Below are positions 1 through 9,137 of a DNA stretch of 64,000 nucleotides, piece after piece. Under the pieces are notes generated by a model that was given only the letters and a program-made list of their open reading frames with translations, was not told where the DNA came from and searched no databases. The stretch is taken from positions 96,001 through 160,000 of the forward strand of contig CBDCWC010000003.1 in the NCBI GenBank assembly GCA_965223295.1, read 5' to 3'. This DNA comes from Nitrospirales bacterium (GTDB lineage Bacteria > Nitrospirota > Nitrospiria > Nitrospirales > UBA8639). A program made the translations under genes and the position numbers. How positions within the stretch are numbered: position 1 is the stretch's first letter; the number at the start of each line of letters is the position of its first letter.

Positions 1-94
1 CGGCGCCTTTCCTGTGGCTTCTATTGTCAATATTCCCATTCAATTTGATTTAGTGAAGTAATTGGCCTACAAGAGACCTAAAAGGACTGAATAT

Positions 95-1141
95 ATGAAT
101 CACCTTCGATATTCGTATTTCATGATATGCTCGGTCATCGTGCTATGCCTCAGCCCTCCACTATATAGCCATGCTGGAGAGGCGCAGGACCTCCTCGCTC
201 AAGCTCATTCGACCTACAAAGAACAGCAATGGGCTTCGGCGAAATCTCCCTTGGAACGCGCCATTGCGCTTTATCCTCAATATGCCGAAGCCCATCATCT
301 TTTGGGTCTCGTGTTGACGAAACTTGATCAACCTAAACTGGCTATTGCCTCGCTACAACAAGCGGTCGAGGCCTATCCCGCCTTTGCTCAAGCCTATATG
401 GATTTAGGGTTTGCGTTTCAGGATCAAGGACAATTCGAAGACGCCGAGCAGGCATTCCGACAAGCCTCTATTATTTACCCCACGTACCTGGAAAGTTGGA
501 CGGCGCTGGCCACACTCTTTGATCAACAACAAGACGCTTCCAAGGCCATCCAGGCTCATCAAAAAGTTTTAGAAATCGATCCGCATCATGCTGACTCACT
601 GTACGGATTAGCCTATTGGTTCGTCCGTGAAGGAAATCCCCAAAAGGCACAGCCATATGTGGAGCAGCTCACGACCCAAGATCCCAAACATGTAAATGGA
701 TGGCTTATTACAGGGTCATTGGCACAGCAAACCAATCAGACTGAAAAAGCTATTTCGGCCTATCAACGAGTCGTGGCTCTCCAGCAACAACTTGTTGAGC
801 CATACTTTAATTTGGGCATCTTATACCAACAACAAGAACAGCATACCGAAGCCGCCGAAGCGTTTAAGAATGTGCTTCGCCTGGACAAGAACAATCCAGA
901 AGCCCATATCAACTTAGGTGTGGTCTACACGGCGCTTTCCAAACTGTCAGAGGCAGAGGAACACTATCAGGCCGCCTTAGCCCTCAATCCTCAATTGTCA
1001 GAAGTCCATTACAACCTGGGATTACTGTATGAGTTTCATCATAATGCGCCTCAAAAGGCGCTGGAATACTACAAGGAATATGTCAAACTCGGGGGACAGG
1101 ATGAACGAATTACCAAACTTCTCACACGAGTCGGGTCGTGA
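95..1141 (+). CDS. Secreted tetratricopeptide-repeat protein
   Basis: Signal peptide, then many TPR motifs (AHHLLG, AYMDLG, PYFNLG, AHINLG, VHYNLG). ATG at 95 follows AAAGGA. Paralog of 9138-10196. Confidence 0.9.
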   Translation: MNHLRYSYFMICSVIVLCLSPPLYSHAGEAQDLLAQAHSTYKEQQWASAKSPLERAIALYPQYAEAHHLLGLVLTKLDQPKLAIASLQQAVEAYPAFAQAYMDLGFAFQDQGQFEDAEQAFRQASIIYPTYLESWTALATLFDQQQDASKAIQAHQKVLEIDPHHADSLYGLAYWFVREGNPQKAQPYVEQLTTQDPKHVNGWLITGSLAQQTNQTEKAISAYQRVVALQQQLVEPYFNLGILYQQQEQHTEAAEAFKNVLRLDKNNPEAHINLGVVYTALSKLSEAEEHYQAALALNPQLSEVHYNLGLLYEFHHNAPQKALEYYKEYVKLGGQDERITKLLTRVGS

Positions 1142-2031
1142 CAACCACGTTTCCTGAGCAGCATGCAGATACCCGTATCTTGGCGCTGAGTGCATTGGGC
1201 AGTCTTGCACTACATGGGTTCATCATCTTTGGTTTGGCCAATATCCCGAAAGTGGCAGCCGTGAAGGATGATCCTCCAACTGTTACCGTAACCTTATTAC
1301 CAACATCAGAAGTTTCTCCGACACCACCAACCTCTGAACCAGTCGTTCAGCCCCGCACGGCGATGCCAAAGACACAATCTCTCCCTACTCCTCACTCGCC
1401 ACCACAACGATCTCATCCTGTGCTACCGCCCATGCAAGCTACATTGACCCCGTCGCTGCCCAAAACACCGGCTCCATTACCACCCCCAACCCTGACAAAA
1501 CCGATTTTGAAAGATACGCGGGCATCACAAGCCATGAAAGCCAGAAACCTAATGAAAATGCGAGTGCCCTCTCAAACTCAACAAGCGGCACCTTCCTTGC
1601 TGAAAGTGAATCCTCGCACAGACTCAACACCGCATCTCTTCGCGCCAATACCGAGGGTGCAAGAAAAGCGTACAAACACTCCCTCTCTTCCTGCGCTACC
1701 CGCATTCACAACACCGAAAACCCTCGCCCCCCCGTCACCGGCGCAAGCCGCACCCGGCATGACTCGGCCAACAATCATTTCATCATCCAAGCCCGTATAC
1801 CCACGGGTGGCCAGAGAGTCTGGATGGGAGGGCACCGTCATTGTCCGAACCCTGATCAATACACATGGAGTGCCCAGTCAGGTCAAAATCCAAAAAAGTT
1901 GTGGGTATCCTACGCTGGATCAAGCAGCGCAAGAGGCCGTCTCGACCTGGACCTTTCAACCTGCCAAAGACGGGAACATCCCCATCACCAAGTGGGTTGA
2001 TATTCCCATTAAGTTTAATCTCAAGAGTTAA
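1138..2031 (+). CDS. tonB: Energy transducer TonB
   Basis: N-terminal TM helix (SLALH), Pro-rich linker, TonB_C motif PVYP..ARESGWEGTV..., LDQAA..W.F.PA. Directly upstream of exbBD. Confidence 0.92.
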   Translation: MTTTFPEQHADTRILALSALGSLALHGFIIFGLANIPKVAAVKDDPPTVTVTLLPTSEVSPTPPTSEPVVQPRTAMPKTQSLPTPHSPPQRSHPVLPPMQATLTPSLPKTPAPLPPPTLTKPILKDTRASQAMKARNLMKMRVPSQTQQAAPSLLKVNPRTDSTPHLFAPIPRVQEKRTNTPSLPALPAFTTPKTLAPPSPAQAAPGMTRPTIISSSKPVYPRVARESGWEGTVIVRTLINTHGVPSQVKIQKSCGYPTLDQAAQEAVSTWTFQPAKDGNIPITKWVDIPIKFNLKS

Positions 2032-2057
2032 TAAACCGATCGAGAGAAAGATACAAC

Positions 2058-2669
2058 GTGGGATTTCTCAACATGCTGATGAGCGGCGGCTGGATGATGA
2101 TTCCGATCATGGCCTGTTCTGTCCTAGCCCTAACAATTAGCATTGAACGGTTGATCTATTTCAAGAAATTTCAATCAAGCCGGCTTGCGCCCAAAATGCT
2201 CGCATTGACCGAACAAGAGAAATTTACGGATGCCTTGGCTCTTGCCGAACAACACCCTAGCCCTACTCTGAGGGTGATTGCCAGCGGGATCCAGCAACGC
2301 ACCAACTTTCCTAGTAAAGCCATGGAAGCCTCAGGCATCGTCGAACTCACCAAGATGAAACGAGGCCTCCCTATCTTGGATACCGTGATTACCCTTGGAC
2401 CACTTCTAGGCTTGCTTGGAACCATCATCGGAATGATTGATTCATTCGGACTCATGTCCGAATCTGGCTTGGGCAACCCGCATGCTGTCACCGGCGGCGT
2501 TGCAGAGGCATTAATTTGCACGGCCGCCGGAATTATTGTGGCCGTCACCACGTTAATTCCCTACAATTTTTTTCTGGCGCGCGTAGAGCAAGAAACTGAA
2601 AACATTGAACATTACGCAACTAAGACCGAGGCCGCGCTCCAACGCGAAAGCCATCGAGCGAGACCATGA
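2058..2669 (+). CDS. exbB: MotA/TolQ/ExbB proton channel
   Basis: GGWMMIPI, PLLGLLGTIIGMI and GVAEALICTAAG motifs. Confidence 0.93.
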   Translation: MGFLNMLMSGGWMMIPIMACSVLALTISIERLIYFKKFQSSRLAPKMLALTEQEKFTDALALAEQHPSPTLRVIASGIQQRTNFPSKAMEASGIVELTKMKRGLPILDTVITLGPLLGLLGTIIGMIDSFGLMSESGLGNPHAVTGGVAEALICTAAGIIVAVTTLIPYNFFLARVEQETENIEHYATKTEAALQRESHRARP

Positions 2670-3076
2670 AACTTTCTGCTGCTGTCAAAAAGAAACCGCG
2701 GATTGAGATCATTCCCATGATCGACACGATGTTTTTTTTGCTTGTCTTTTTCATGATTGCCACACTATCAATGACCATACAACATGGTATGCCTGTGAAT
2801 CTTCCTGAAGCCAGCTCCACAACCGACGACGTGAAGGAGCCGGTTTCGTTGACCATTACAGAAAATGGAGACTTGTTTTACAACAAAGAAATGATTACGA
2901 TTCAGGAGCTTCAAACAAGGCTCACAGGGCTTATCCAAAAAAATCCGGAGCCAACGATTGTGATCAATGCAGATGAACAGGTAACGCACGGCTTGGTCGT
3001 GACTGTTATGGATAAATTCCGACTGAGCGGCATTCAGCACATGGCGATTGCCACAAAACCTGAAGCCACACAATGA
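2666..3076 (+). CDS. exbD: ExbD/TolR biopolymer transporter
   Basis: IEIIPMIDTMFFLLVFFM, VNLP, INAD motifs. ATGA overlap with exbB. Confidence 0.93.
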   Translation: MKLSAAVKKKPRIEIIPMIDTMFFLLVFFMIATLSMTIQHGMPVNLPEASSTTDDVKEPVSLTITENGDLFYNKEMITIQELQTRLTGLIQKNPEPTIVINADEQVTHGLVVTVMDKFRLSGIQHMAIATKPEATQ

Positions 3077-3417
3077 GAATGTCTTCAAAAATGAGTCACA
3101 TACGGTCAGGGGGGATCTTTCTCTCTTCTCTGTATGTATTTCTCCTGGGCGCCGCATCATTTTGCATGTTCGCCCATTCCACTCCTCTGAACGAAGAAAG
3201 CCACCATACCCAACACACTGCGACCCATTCCACGTTATGTACCTGGGCTTGTCAGGTCAGTTCCTCTCCTTCAAACGGGCAGGTTGCCTCAACGCCTGAG
3301 ACAAAGCCAGATTTGTTGCTTATTGCTCTTCTTCCAAACTTTTCTAGCATTCCACTTCCGTATGAGATCGCTTCTGCTCCATCTCGCGCCCCACCTCGGG
3401 TATTCCTTTCTCTGTAG
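3073..3417 (+). CDS. DUF2946-like (CruR/CutF-type) leader protein with C-terminal RAPP motif
   Basis: TM/signal segment, His-rich stretch (HHTQHTATH), CTWAC, then SRAPP near the C-terminus. ATGA overlap with exbD. Confidence 0.65.
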   Translation: MRMSSKMSHIRSGGIFLSSLYVFLLGAASFCMFAHSTPLNEESHHTQHTATHSTLCTWACQVSSSPSNGQVASTPETKPDLLLIALLPNFSSIPLPYEIASAPSRAPPRVFLSL

Positions 3418-3616
3418 TTCCTGACTCACATTATTCGAATGTTGGTAGCGGGCTCGTTTTTCGAAAGATTGAAGAGCTTGTTTCTCATGTAGACATTTAT
3501 CTGACCCAGCAGCTTTCCCTCTGCAGGTCATGAAAATTTTCCTACCGAAACTTCGAATCAACGTGATTTCTTATGTCTTGCATGTCTTATTTCGTATTGA
3601 GAGGAGGACAGTCATC

Positions 3617-3823
3617 ATGGATCAACAATTATTACGCGTCGGCGAAGCCGCACGGGAATTAAACGTGAGTCGGTGGACTATTTACCGTTGGGTAGATGAA
3701 GGGCGACTCAAAGCCACGAAAATCGGAAAAGGAAGCTTACGAATTTTTGGGGAATCCGTCACGACTCTTGTGCAAGCAAACCGCAAAGACTGCTGGGAAC
3801 CTGTTCTCACACAAACACGATAA
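3617..3823 (+). CDS. Small HTH_17 (excisionase/MerR/BldC-like) DNA-binding protein
   Basis: LLRVGEAARELNVSRWTIYRWVDEGRLKA..G.GSLRI. SD GAGGAGG before ATG 3617. Confidence 0.88.
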   Translation: MDQQLLRVGEAARELNVSRWTIYRWVDEGRLKATKIGKGSLRIFGESVTTLVQANRKDCWEPVLTQTR

Positions 3824-3914
3824 TTTCCCGACCAAAGTGTTGTATGTGACGGCATCTATCGGTAGCAAAAGATGCACCAAAAACCTATGATGTTTTAGAT
3901 TGGGTTGTTTATCA

Positions 3915-4265
3915 ATGTCCATCAAATTTGTGATGAGAATTCCATCTCTTCAAAAATTTTTTGTGATCGGGTTAGGACTATGGCTTCTTATCATGAGTGC
4001 TGTTTTAGCCTATCCGATCACAAGTCATGCTATTGATCACCAGCACACGCCGCACAACCATTCCCAAACATGGTGTGACTGGATGTGTAAGGCCAGTCAT
4101 GTAATTCACACACCATCTGTTGTTCTGGCAGAATCATCTTACGTTCTCACATCAAGGTTTCTCTCCTATTCAATCCATCACCTTTCCTCTCTCCTTTTCT
4201 CACCAGACTCTCGTGCTCCTCCAGCGATGCCTCTCTCCTCATCGACCTTACACATATCTGATTGA
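3915..4265 (+). CDS. Second DUF2946-like leader protein with RAPP motif
   Basis: TM segment, His-rich stretch (HAIDHQHTPHNH), CDWMC, DSRAPP. Start codon uncertain. Confidence 0.65.
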   Translation: MSIKFVMRIPSLQKFFVIGLGLWLLIMSAVLAYPITSHAIDHQHTPHNHSQTWCDWMCKASHVIHTPSVVLAESSYVLTSRFLSYSIHHLSSLLFSPDSRAPPAMPLSSSTLHISD

Positions 4266-4326
4266 AGGGTCTAGCTCAAAGTGTCTGGCTGACTTCGGAT
4301 GCGATTTGAGAGCAATCAGACAAAGA

Positions 4327-4514
4327 AGGACTGTTGAATAATCTAATTTCAAGTTACGAACACGCTTCCAGTGCAGTGGAGGGTTCGATGCGACGGGAAT
4401 GGTCAAAAAAGTCCGCCCCCCTGCGCGAAGCCGCTTTCAGCCTTCGTAGCCACTTCGGCGAAGGAAGCCCGGCGAAGGCAGGGAACGCCGGTGGCGGATT
4501 TTTTCAACATTCCC
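4327..4514. mobile_element. MITE family A, copy 1
   Basis: Ends AGGACTGTTGAA...TTCAACATTCCC. 5-bp TSD AAAGA at 4322-4326 and 4515-4519. Confidence 0.85.
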
Positions 4515-4577
4515 AAAGACACAATACCCGGTGCAAGAGACGCCTGCTCGTTCATGACTTTGGAGGAGGTTGCAAAC

Positions 4578-5327
4578 ATGCTTCTCACTCAAGCCATCAT
4601 TCGACATTGGATACCGATATCTTTCTTTGTTCTCGCGAATCTATTCAGCATATCTGTCCTCACTTTTTCAGTGCATGCCGAGCATGTACTGGCCCTTCGA
4701 TTAGCCGCGACCCCATTGAATCGCAGCATGTGTGGCATATCGAATGAACATTCCTCTATTCGTATTCTTGCAGCCAAGCATAGAGATCTGTTTCTCCAAA
4801 AAGTTCCTGGCCAACACCGTCCCAAGAATAACCAGGACGCCAGAAAAAAAGACTATGTACACTTTGTCACGATAGCTGACCTCACTGGCGGCCAAATACC
4901 CAATGGCGCCATTGCATTTGACGACCGCCATGCCGTGATCTTTGATGACACACACCCCAAAGGTCTCGCGCGACCAAGATTTTTGTCTCAACTTACTGAC
5001 CATCAACGTCTCATAGCCGAATTGGCATTGAATACTTTTTTGCGCCTCCATCAGGTGTTCAATGCTGCCATTGATACCTGTCGACCCCATCCTGCCTTTT
5101 CGGACTATGAAAATGATGATGATGTGTTACGAATTGAAAAAGGGAAGCGGACATTCAAAAATCTTGTTCAACAATACAACAGCCACCCTTCTTTCCCTCA
5201 AAACACCTCACTTCATGAGCCAGGAACCATAGGAGGATTTGTTGATCCTCATGCAGGCAAAAAATCATATTCGGACTATCAAGCGATGAATCCATTGAAT
5301 TTTTACGTCCCCACGTCGCTTCGTTAA
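4578..5327 (+). CDS. Secreted hypothetical protein
   Basis: SD GGAGGAGGT before ATG 4578, signal peptide ending VHA. The longer ORF call from 4371 runs through the MITE. Confidence 0.65.
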   Translation: MLLTQAIIRHWIPISFFVLANLFSISVLTFSVHAEHVLALRLAATPLNRSMCGISNEHSSIRILAAKHRDLFLQKVPGQHRPKNNQDARKKDYVHFVTIADLTGGQIPNGAIAFDDRHAVIFDDTHPKGLARPRFLSQLTDHQRLIAELALNTFLRLHQVFNAAIDTCRPHPAFSDYENDDDVLRIEKGKRTFKNLVQQYNSHPSFPQNTSLHEPGTIGGFVDPHAGKKSYSDYQAMNPLNFYVPTSLR

Positions 5328-5508
5328 CACTGGCAGGTATGATTCGTATAAGAAAGCCGTAGCATATGTATGTAAACTTAGGTAGACAGACTTATAGCAT
5401 CCACCCTATGCTGTGAGAGAAAACTGGACAGACGAACTCCATTAAAGGGGACCATCGTCTCTCTGTATACTCACAGGGTTTCAATACAATACTAGGAGGT
5501 TGCGGTTC

Positions 5509-6057
5509 ATGAAAAAGTTTGTTTGGCTAACTGTCATGTTGGTGTTCATGGGGTGTGCGTCAACATCAATGGCTCCGAGTACACAATCAGGCAAAATGCC
5601 TCAGGATGGGGAATTAGTATTTCCCAAAAATTACAAAACGTTCTCAACATTTTTACACGGCATCCAAAAACCTAATGCTGTCCGTGATCTTTATATCAAC
5701 AACATAGGAGCCCAAGCACATCATGGCGAATCCTTTGCCAACGGATCTATCCTAGTCATGGAAATCTACAATGCTAAGAAAGGCCCCGGCGATACGTTAC
5801 AAAAAGACGGTCAAGGGAATCTGATAAAGGATGGTCTTGCGAAAGTCTATGTCATGCAAAAAGGCAAGGGCTGGGGCCAACAAGCACCACAAGGTTTAAG
5901 AAATGGAGATTGGATCTACTCGGCATTCAAGCCCAATGGGGATCGATTAGATGTTGATTATACAACATGCCGTGGCTGTCACATGCCATTAGGTGACGCC
6001 AAGGATTATGTGCATCACTACGACGAATATTTCGAAAAACGAGTACATATGCATTAA
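5509..6057 (+). CDS. Cytochrome P460 / c'-beta family lipoprotein
   Basis: Lipobox FMGC, F.NGSILVMEIY, NGDW.Y..F, C-terminal CRGCH heme motif and DYV. Confidence 0.85.
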   Translation: MKKFVWLTVMLVFMGCASTSMAPSTQSGKMPQDGELVFPKNYKTFSTFLHGIQKPNAVRDLYINNIGAQAHHGESFANGSILVMEIYNAKKGPGDTLQKDGQGNLIKDGLAKVYVMQKGKGWGQQAPQGLRNGDWIYSAFKPNGDRLDVDYTTCRGCHMPLGDAKDYVHHYDEYFEKRVHMH

Positions 6058-6077
6058 TCCAACAACCAAACACATAT

Positions 6078-6218
6078 GGGCATCTCTAAAAACTGGTGTT
6101 TTGTTCTGAGGGCAAGGAAGCGGCGCGCGGAAAGCCGGAGTGTATGGGCCAATACATGAGGATTTGAGCACGCCGCTGACGCCGCCATCGGGAAAAAGGA
6201 CAGTTTTTAGAGGTGCCC
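6078..6218. mobile_element. MITE family B (IS-derived, non-autonomous)
   Basis: 18-bp TIRs GGGCATCTCTAAAAACTG / CAGTTTTTAGAGGTGCCC (17/18 match). No ORF inside. Confidence 0.75.
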
Positions 6219-6220
6219 AT

Positions 6221-6312
6221 GTATCAAGGTAGGCTCTTCTTCCTCCTAACCTTTGATACGACAGGGTGAAGGCATATTGGACCGACCTCCTTGGCCTTCA
6301 CCCTGGCCTTTT
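6221..6312 (+). ncRNA. Putative two-hairpin sRNA with anti-SD loops, copy 1
   Basis: Hairpins at 6221-6259 and 6262-6305. Second copy at 8887-8972 with compensatory stem changes. Confidence 0.55.
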
Positions 6313-6883
6313 ACCATACGCCTTTCGTCTCGCGAATGACCTCTTGCCCAGGAGGCATCAGATGAACAATCAATATCCAACTTCTTCTCAACAGCGTTTA
6401 CACCAAATGAGAGTCCAAAACCTTCAAAATCGGTGACGCCATGTCTCCAGCCTGTGCCTCTGCGACTTTGCACGACTCTGGAACGAAACCATTGGCGAGC
6501 TACGTGATCTAAGAACTTCCCAAGAACCGGGTAAGATTCAATACGAGAAAGACTCCATTAAGAATGCGTCTACGAATAATCCCTACCTTAGATAAAGAAA
6601 AGGACTCAATTCTCAAGAACTGAGTCCCTTCCAATCCACTTTCATCATCATTTTTCTTATTGTTGACTATGACTTGTTAAGACCTGCTCTCCTCACATCC
6701 TTCACCATATTCTACAACGTTCGAAGAAAATTATTGACAAGCATGTCTTGCTAAATACCAGCATCGCACACTAAAAAAACACCTCCACTATCTCCCCTGA
6801 CCTGGTCCCATGGACACTATATAGCTACATCTATTTTTCATAGCAAAAACAACATGGGGGAAATTTAGACCTACGAACAAGAG

Positions 6884-7546
6884 TCACGTTCTGCTCTTAT
6901 TCCATCGCCAAAGCCCGAGCCCTAGCAAACCTGAACTCATCAACATAACCGTTGATGGCTCGGGAACTGGTTGCTGAGTCGCTGTTGCCACTCCCTCAAT
7001 ATCCAACGCCCAGGCACCCATTCGATTATTCCCATCAGCGTCACAAAACGACCCATTCGAACAACCAAAAAACTCCGTAAAATCTCCAATGCCCTCTTGA
7101 GCAAACCCATCTGAAATTGTCGAACCTAGTGCCAGATTATCAAACTGCGTCAGCGCCACACGGTATTCACCAGGTTCTAACGAAGCTTCTAGAAAGGAAT
7201 CAAAGGCATTTTCACTCATGGGATCAACGCCAACATCAAGAATATCACCATCCTCGTTTTCCAAGCGGAACAGTCCACTCAAATCAAAGAGAGAGACAAC
7301 AGGATCAAAGCCACCGGCAGAAACAATATCGCCAGCGGCATTGGTTCCTCCGCCATACGATAAGGTTTTCACTGTCACTGTTGATGGAGCCGTAAGAGAA
7401 AAATCGAACAATTTTACATCATCATCCAAAGTAAACTGTCCAGTAAAGGAAAGATTGACAGCTAACACAACCTGTGGGAGAGCGAATACTGTTCCCAGAC
7501 AAGAGAGAAGACTGAGTAACCATTGATTAGAATATCTATAACCCAT
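6884..7546 (-). CDS. PEP-CTERM protein, DVUA0089 (FDP_PEP)-like
   Basis: Signal peptide, TLSYGGGTNAAG..GGFDP motif, C-terminal VPEPST + TM + RWNKSR. Confidence 0.88.
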   Translation of the reverse strand: MGYRYSNQWLLSLLSCLGTVFALPQVVLAVNLSFTGQFTLDDDVKLFDFSLTAPSTVTVKTLSYGGGTNAAGDIVSAGGFDPVVSLFDLSGLFRLENEDGDILDVGVDPMSENAFDSFLEASLEPGEYRVALTQFDNLALGSTISDGFAQEGIGDFTEFFGCSNGSFCDADGNNRMGAWALDIEGVATATQQPVPEPSTVMLMSSGLLGLGLWRWNKSRT

Positions 7547-7664
7547 GGTACATTCCTTTCAACGCAAATGATGAGGAAGATGACTGACTCAATTCAAGCA
7601 GGATAACGAGCCGTGATAACTTCCTGTCGATTGCCAGCCCGTTACCTTCTCTGCATTTCACATA

Positions 7665-8486
7665 CTATTTTTTTGCTGGCCAAAACCCCCTGATAGGTAA
7701 ATATTCATCAATCTCATGGGCAGCGGGAGACACCTCCACACCAAATCCCTCACCACAGTTCGCCGGCAGTGGATTGTTTTCTAAGTCACGGATCACGGTA
7801 ATTTGAGGCCAAAACCCTTCGGCCACAATCGTTGGATCGTCAAAGGCAGGCGTGAGATTGGCCATCCAAACATCCGCACGATCAGCACCCTTCTTTGAAT
7901 GCGTGCAGTAATTCGCAATAGCAATATTAATTTGAAGTTTGGCGATACACGACGTTTCTTGAAATTGAGGATAGGACGCTCTCCAAGGAACAAGCCCCAC
8001 CAACTCTGGATCTAATTTTCCTTTAGTGTACCGAAACGCCCGGACATCTGAACTGACCGTGTTTCCTCGAGACACATAGGGAGCGACAGAACCTTCCACA
8101 CGTCTAATTTTTCGGAATACGTTGTGATCCTGCACAGGGCGGGCACCCATAATAGGATTCCCTTTGATATGACTGCCCAAAGCCACGTCTTCACCAGTAT
8201 CCATGCGCTTTGCCACGGTAGAACTCCCATTCGGGAATACGGCACTCATCGCTCGAATAGCTGTCCCATTGCATCCATGCGGAACACTGAATGAATTCAC
8301 GACGCTGCTAGCTCCTTCTAATTCGACCCGTTCAGCAAATGCATTTGGCGTATTTTTGGGAAGGACTGTCGTGTGAGGATTAGCCAACACATCACTCAGA
8401 CCCACACCAGGCCCCACTATGAGTCCACCCAATATCAAACCCATCACCATTTCTTTTCGCAAGCTCAATTGATGCCCCCTCTTCAT
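7665..8486 (-). CDS. YcnI/DUF1775-like secreted copper-binding protein
   Basis: Signal peptide, His near the mature N-terminus (NPHTTV), FSVPHGC motif typical of YcnI family. SD AGGAGG. Confidence 0.6.
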   Translation of the reverse strand: MKRGHQLSLRKEMVMGLILGGLIVGPGVGLSDVLANPHTTVLPKNTPNAFAERVELEGASSVVNSFSVPHGCNGTAIRAMSAVFPNGSSTVAKRMDTGEDVALGSHIKGNPIMGARPVQDHNVFRKIRRVEGSVAPYVSRGNTVSSDVRAFRYTKGKLDPELVGLVPWRASYPQFQETSCIAKLQINIAIANYCTHSKKGADRADVWMANLTPAFDDPTIVAEGFWPQITVIRDLENNPLPANCGEGFGVEVSPAAHEIDEYLPIRGFWPAKK

Positions 8487-8886
8487 AGATCCCCTCCTTA
8501 CAATAAGATAAACACGTGAATTGCGGTTGATAAAAACGCTGGAAATGAGACGTTTTCTTCAGAAAAAAACAGGAGAGTCCAATGTATCGATACACCAGGA
8601 GAATTTCTACTGATGCATATCAAAAGATACTACAGTTTGCTACATCTCGTTCTTCAATTTTTACAGTCAATGTTTCAAAAATAAAAAATATGCCATTCCC
8701 AAAGCGCCATTATAAGCATAAAATTTGGCCATTTTTCCCTCAATTCACCGAAGGAGAATGAGACTTGTTGCATCCATAAGCAAGTATGTCTAGACAAATT
8801 TTTACCTTTTTCGATAACTTGAAAAAATCGCGACTCTACAAGCACCTGAGGCATAGGGCCGCCAACATCACTCGACACCAGAACAA

Positions 8887-8972
8887 CTCCAAGGTGGGGT
8901 CTTCCTCCTGGCTTTGGAGATAACAGGGTGAAGGCATTTGGACCGACCTCCTTGGCCTTCACCCTGTTTTTA
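8887..8972 (+). ncRNA. Putative two-hairpin sRNA with anti-SD loops, copy 2
   Basis: Hairpins at 8887-8919 and 8922-8968, followed by a T-tract. G-U pairs favour the + strand. Confidence 0.55.
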
Positions 8973-9137
8973 TTCCACTACTGAAACGTAAAGGCTTCGT
9001 CCATCAAGACCGCATAACTGATTTGCATACGGATTGTTCTCAAGTTTTCCCACCCAATTTTCTTTCCACCCTCGTTCTTGATAATCTGCCTATACTCTAT
9101 TTTCTTCCCCTTTCACTCCATCCGGCTGGAGGTCTGC

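Noticed and set aside
8850-8960. Minus-strand peptide after the perfect SD AAGGAGGT in the hairpin element
   Set aside because: The two copies give MPSPC followed by unrelated sequences of 9 versus 33 aa, so the conservation is structural rather than coding.
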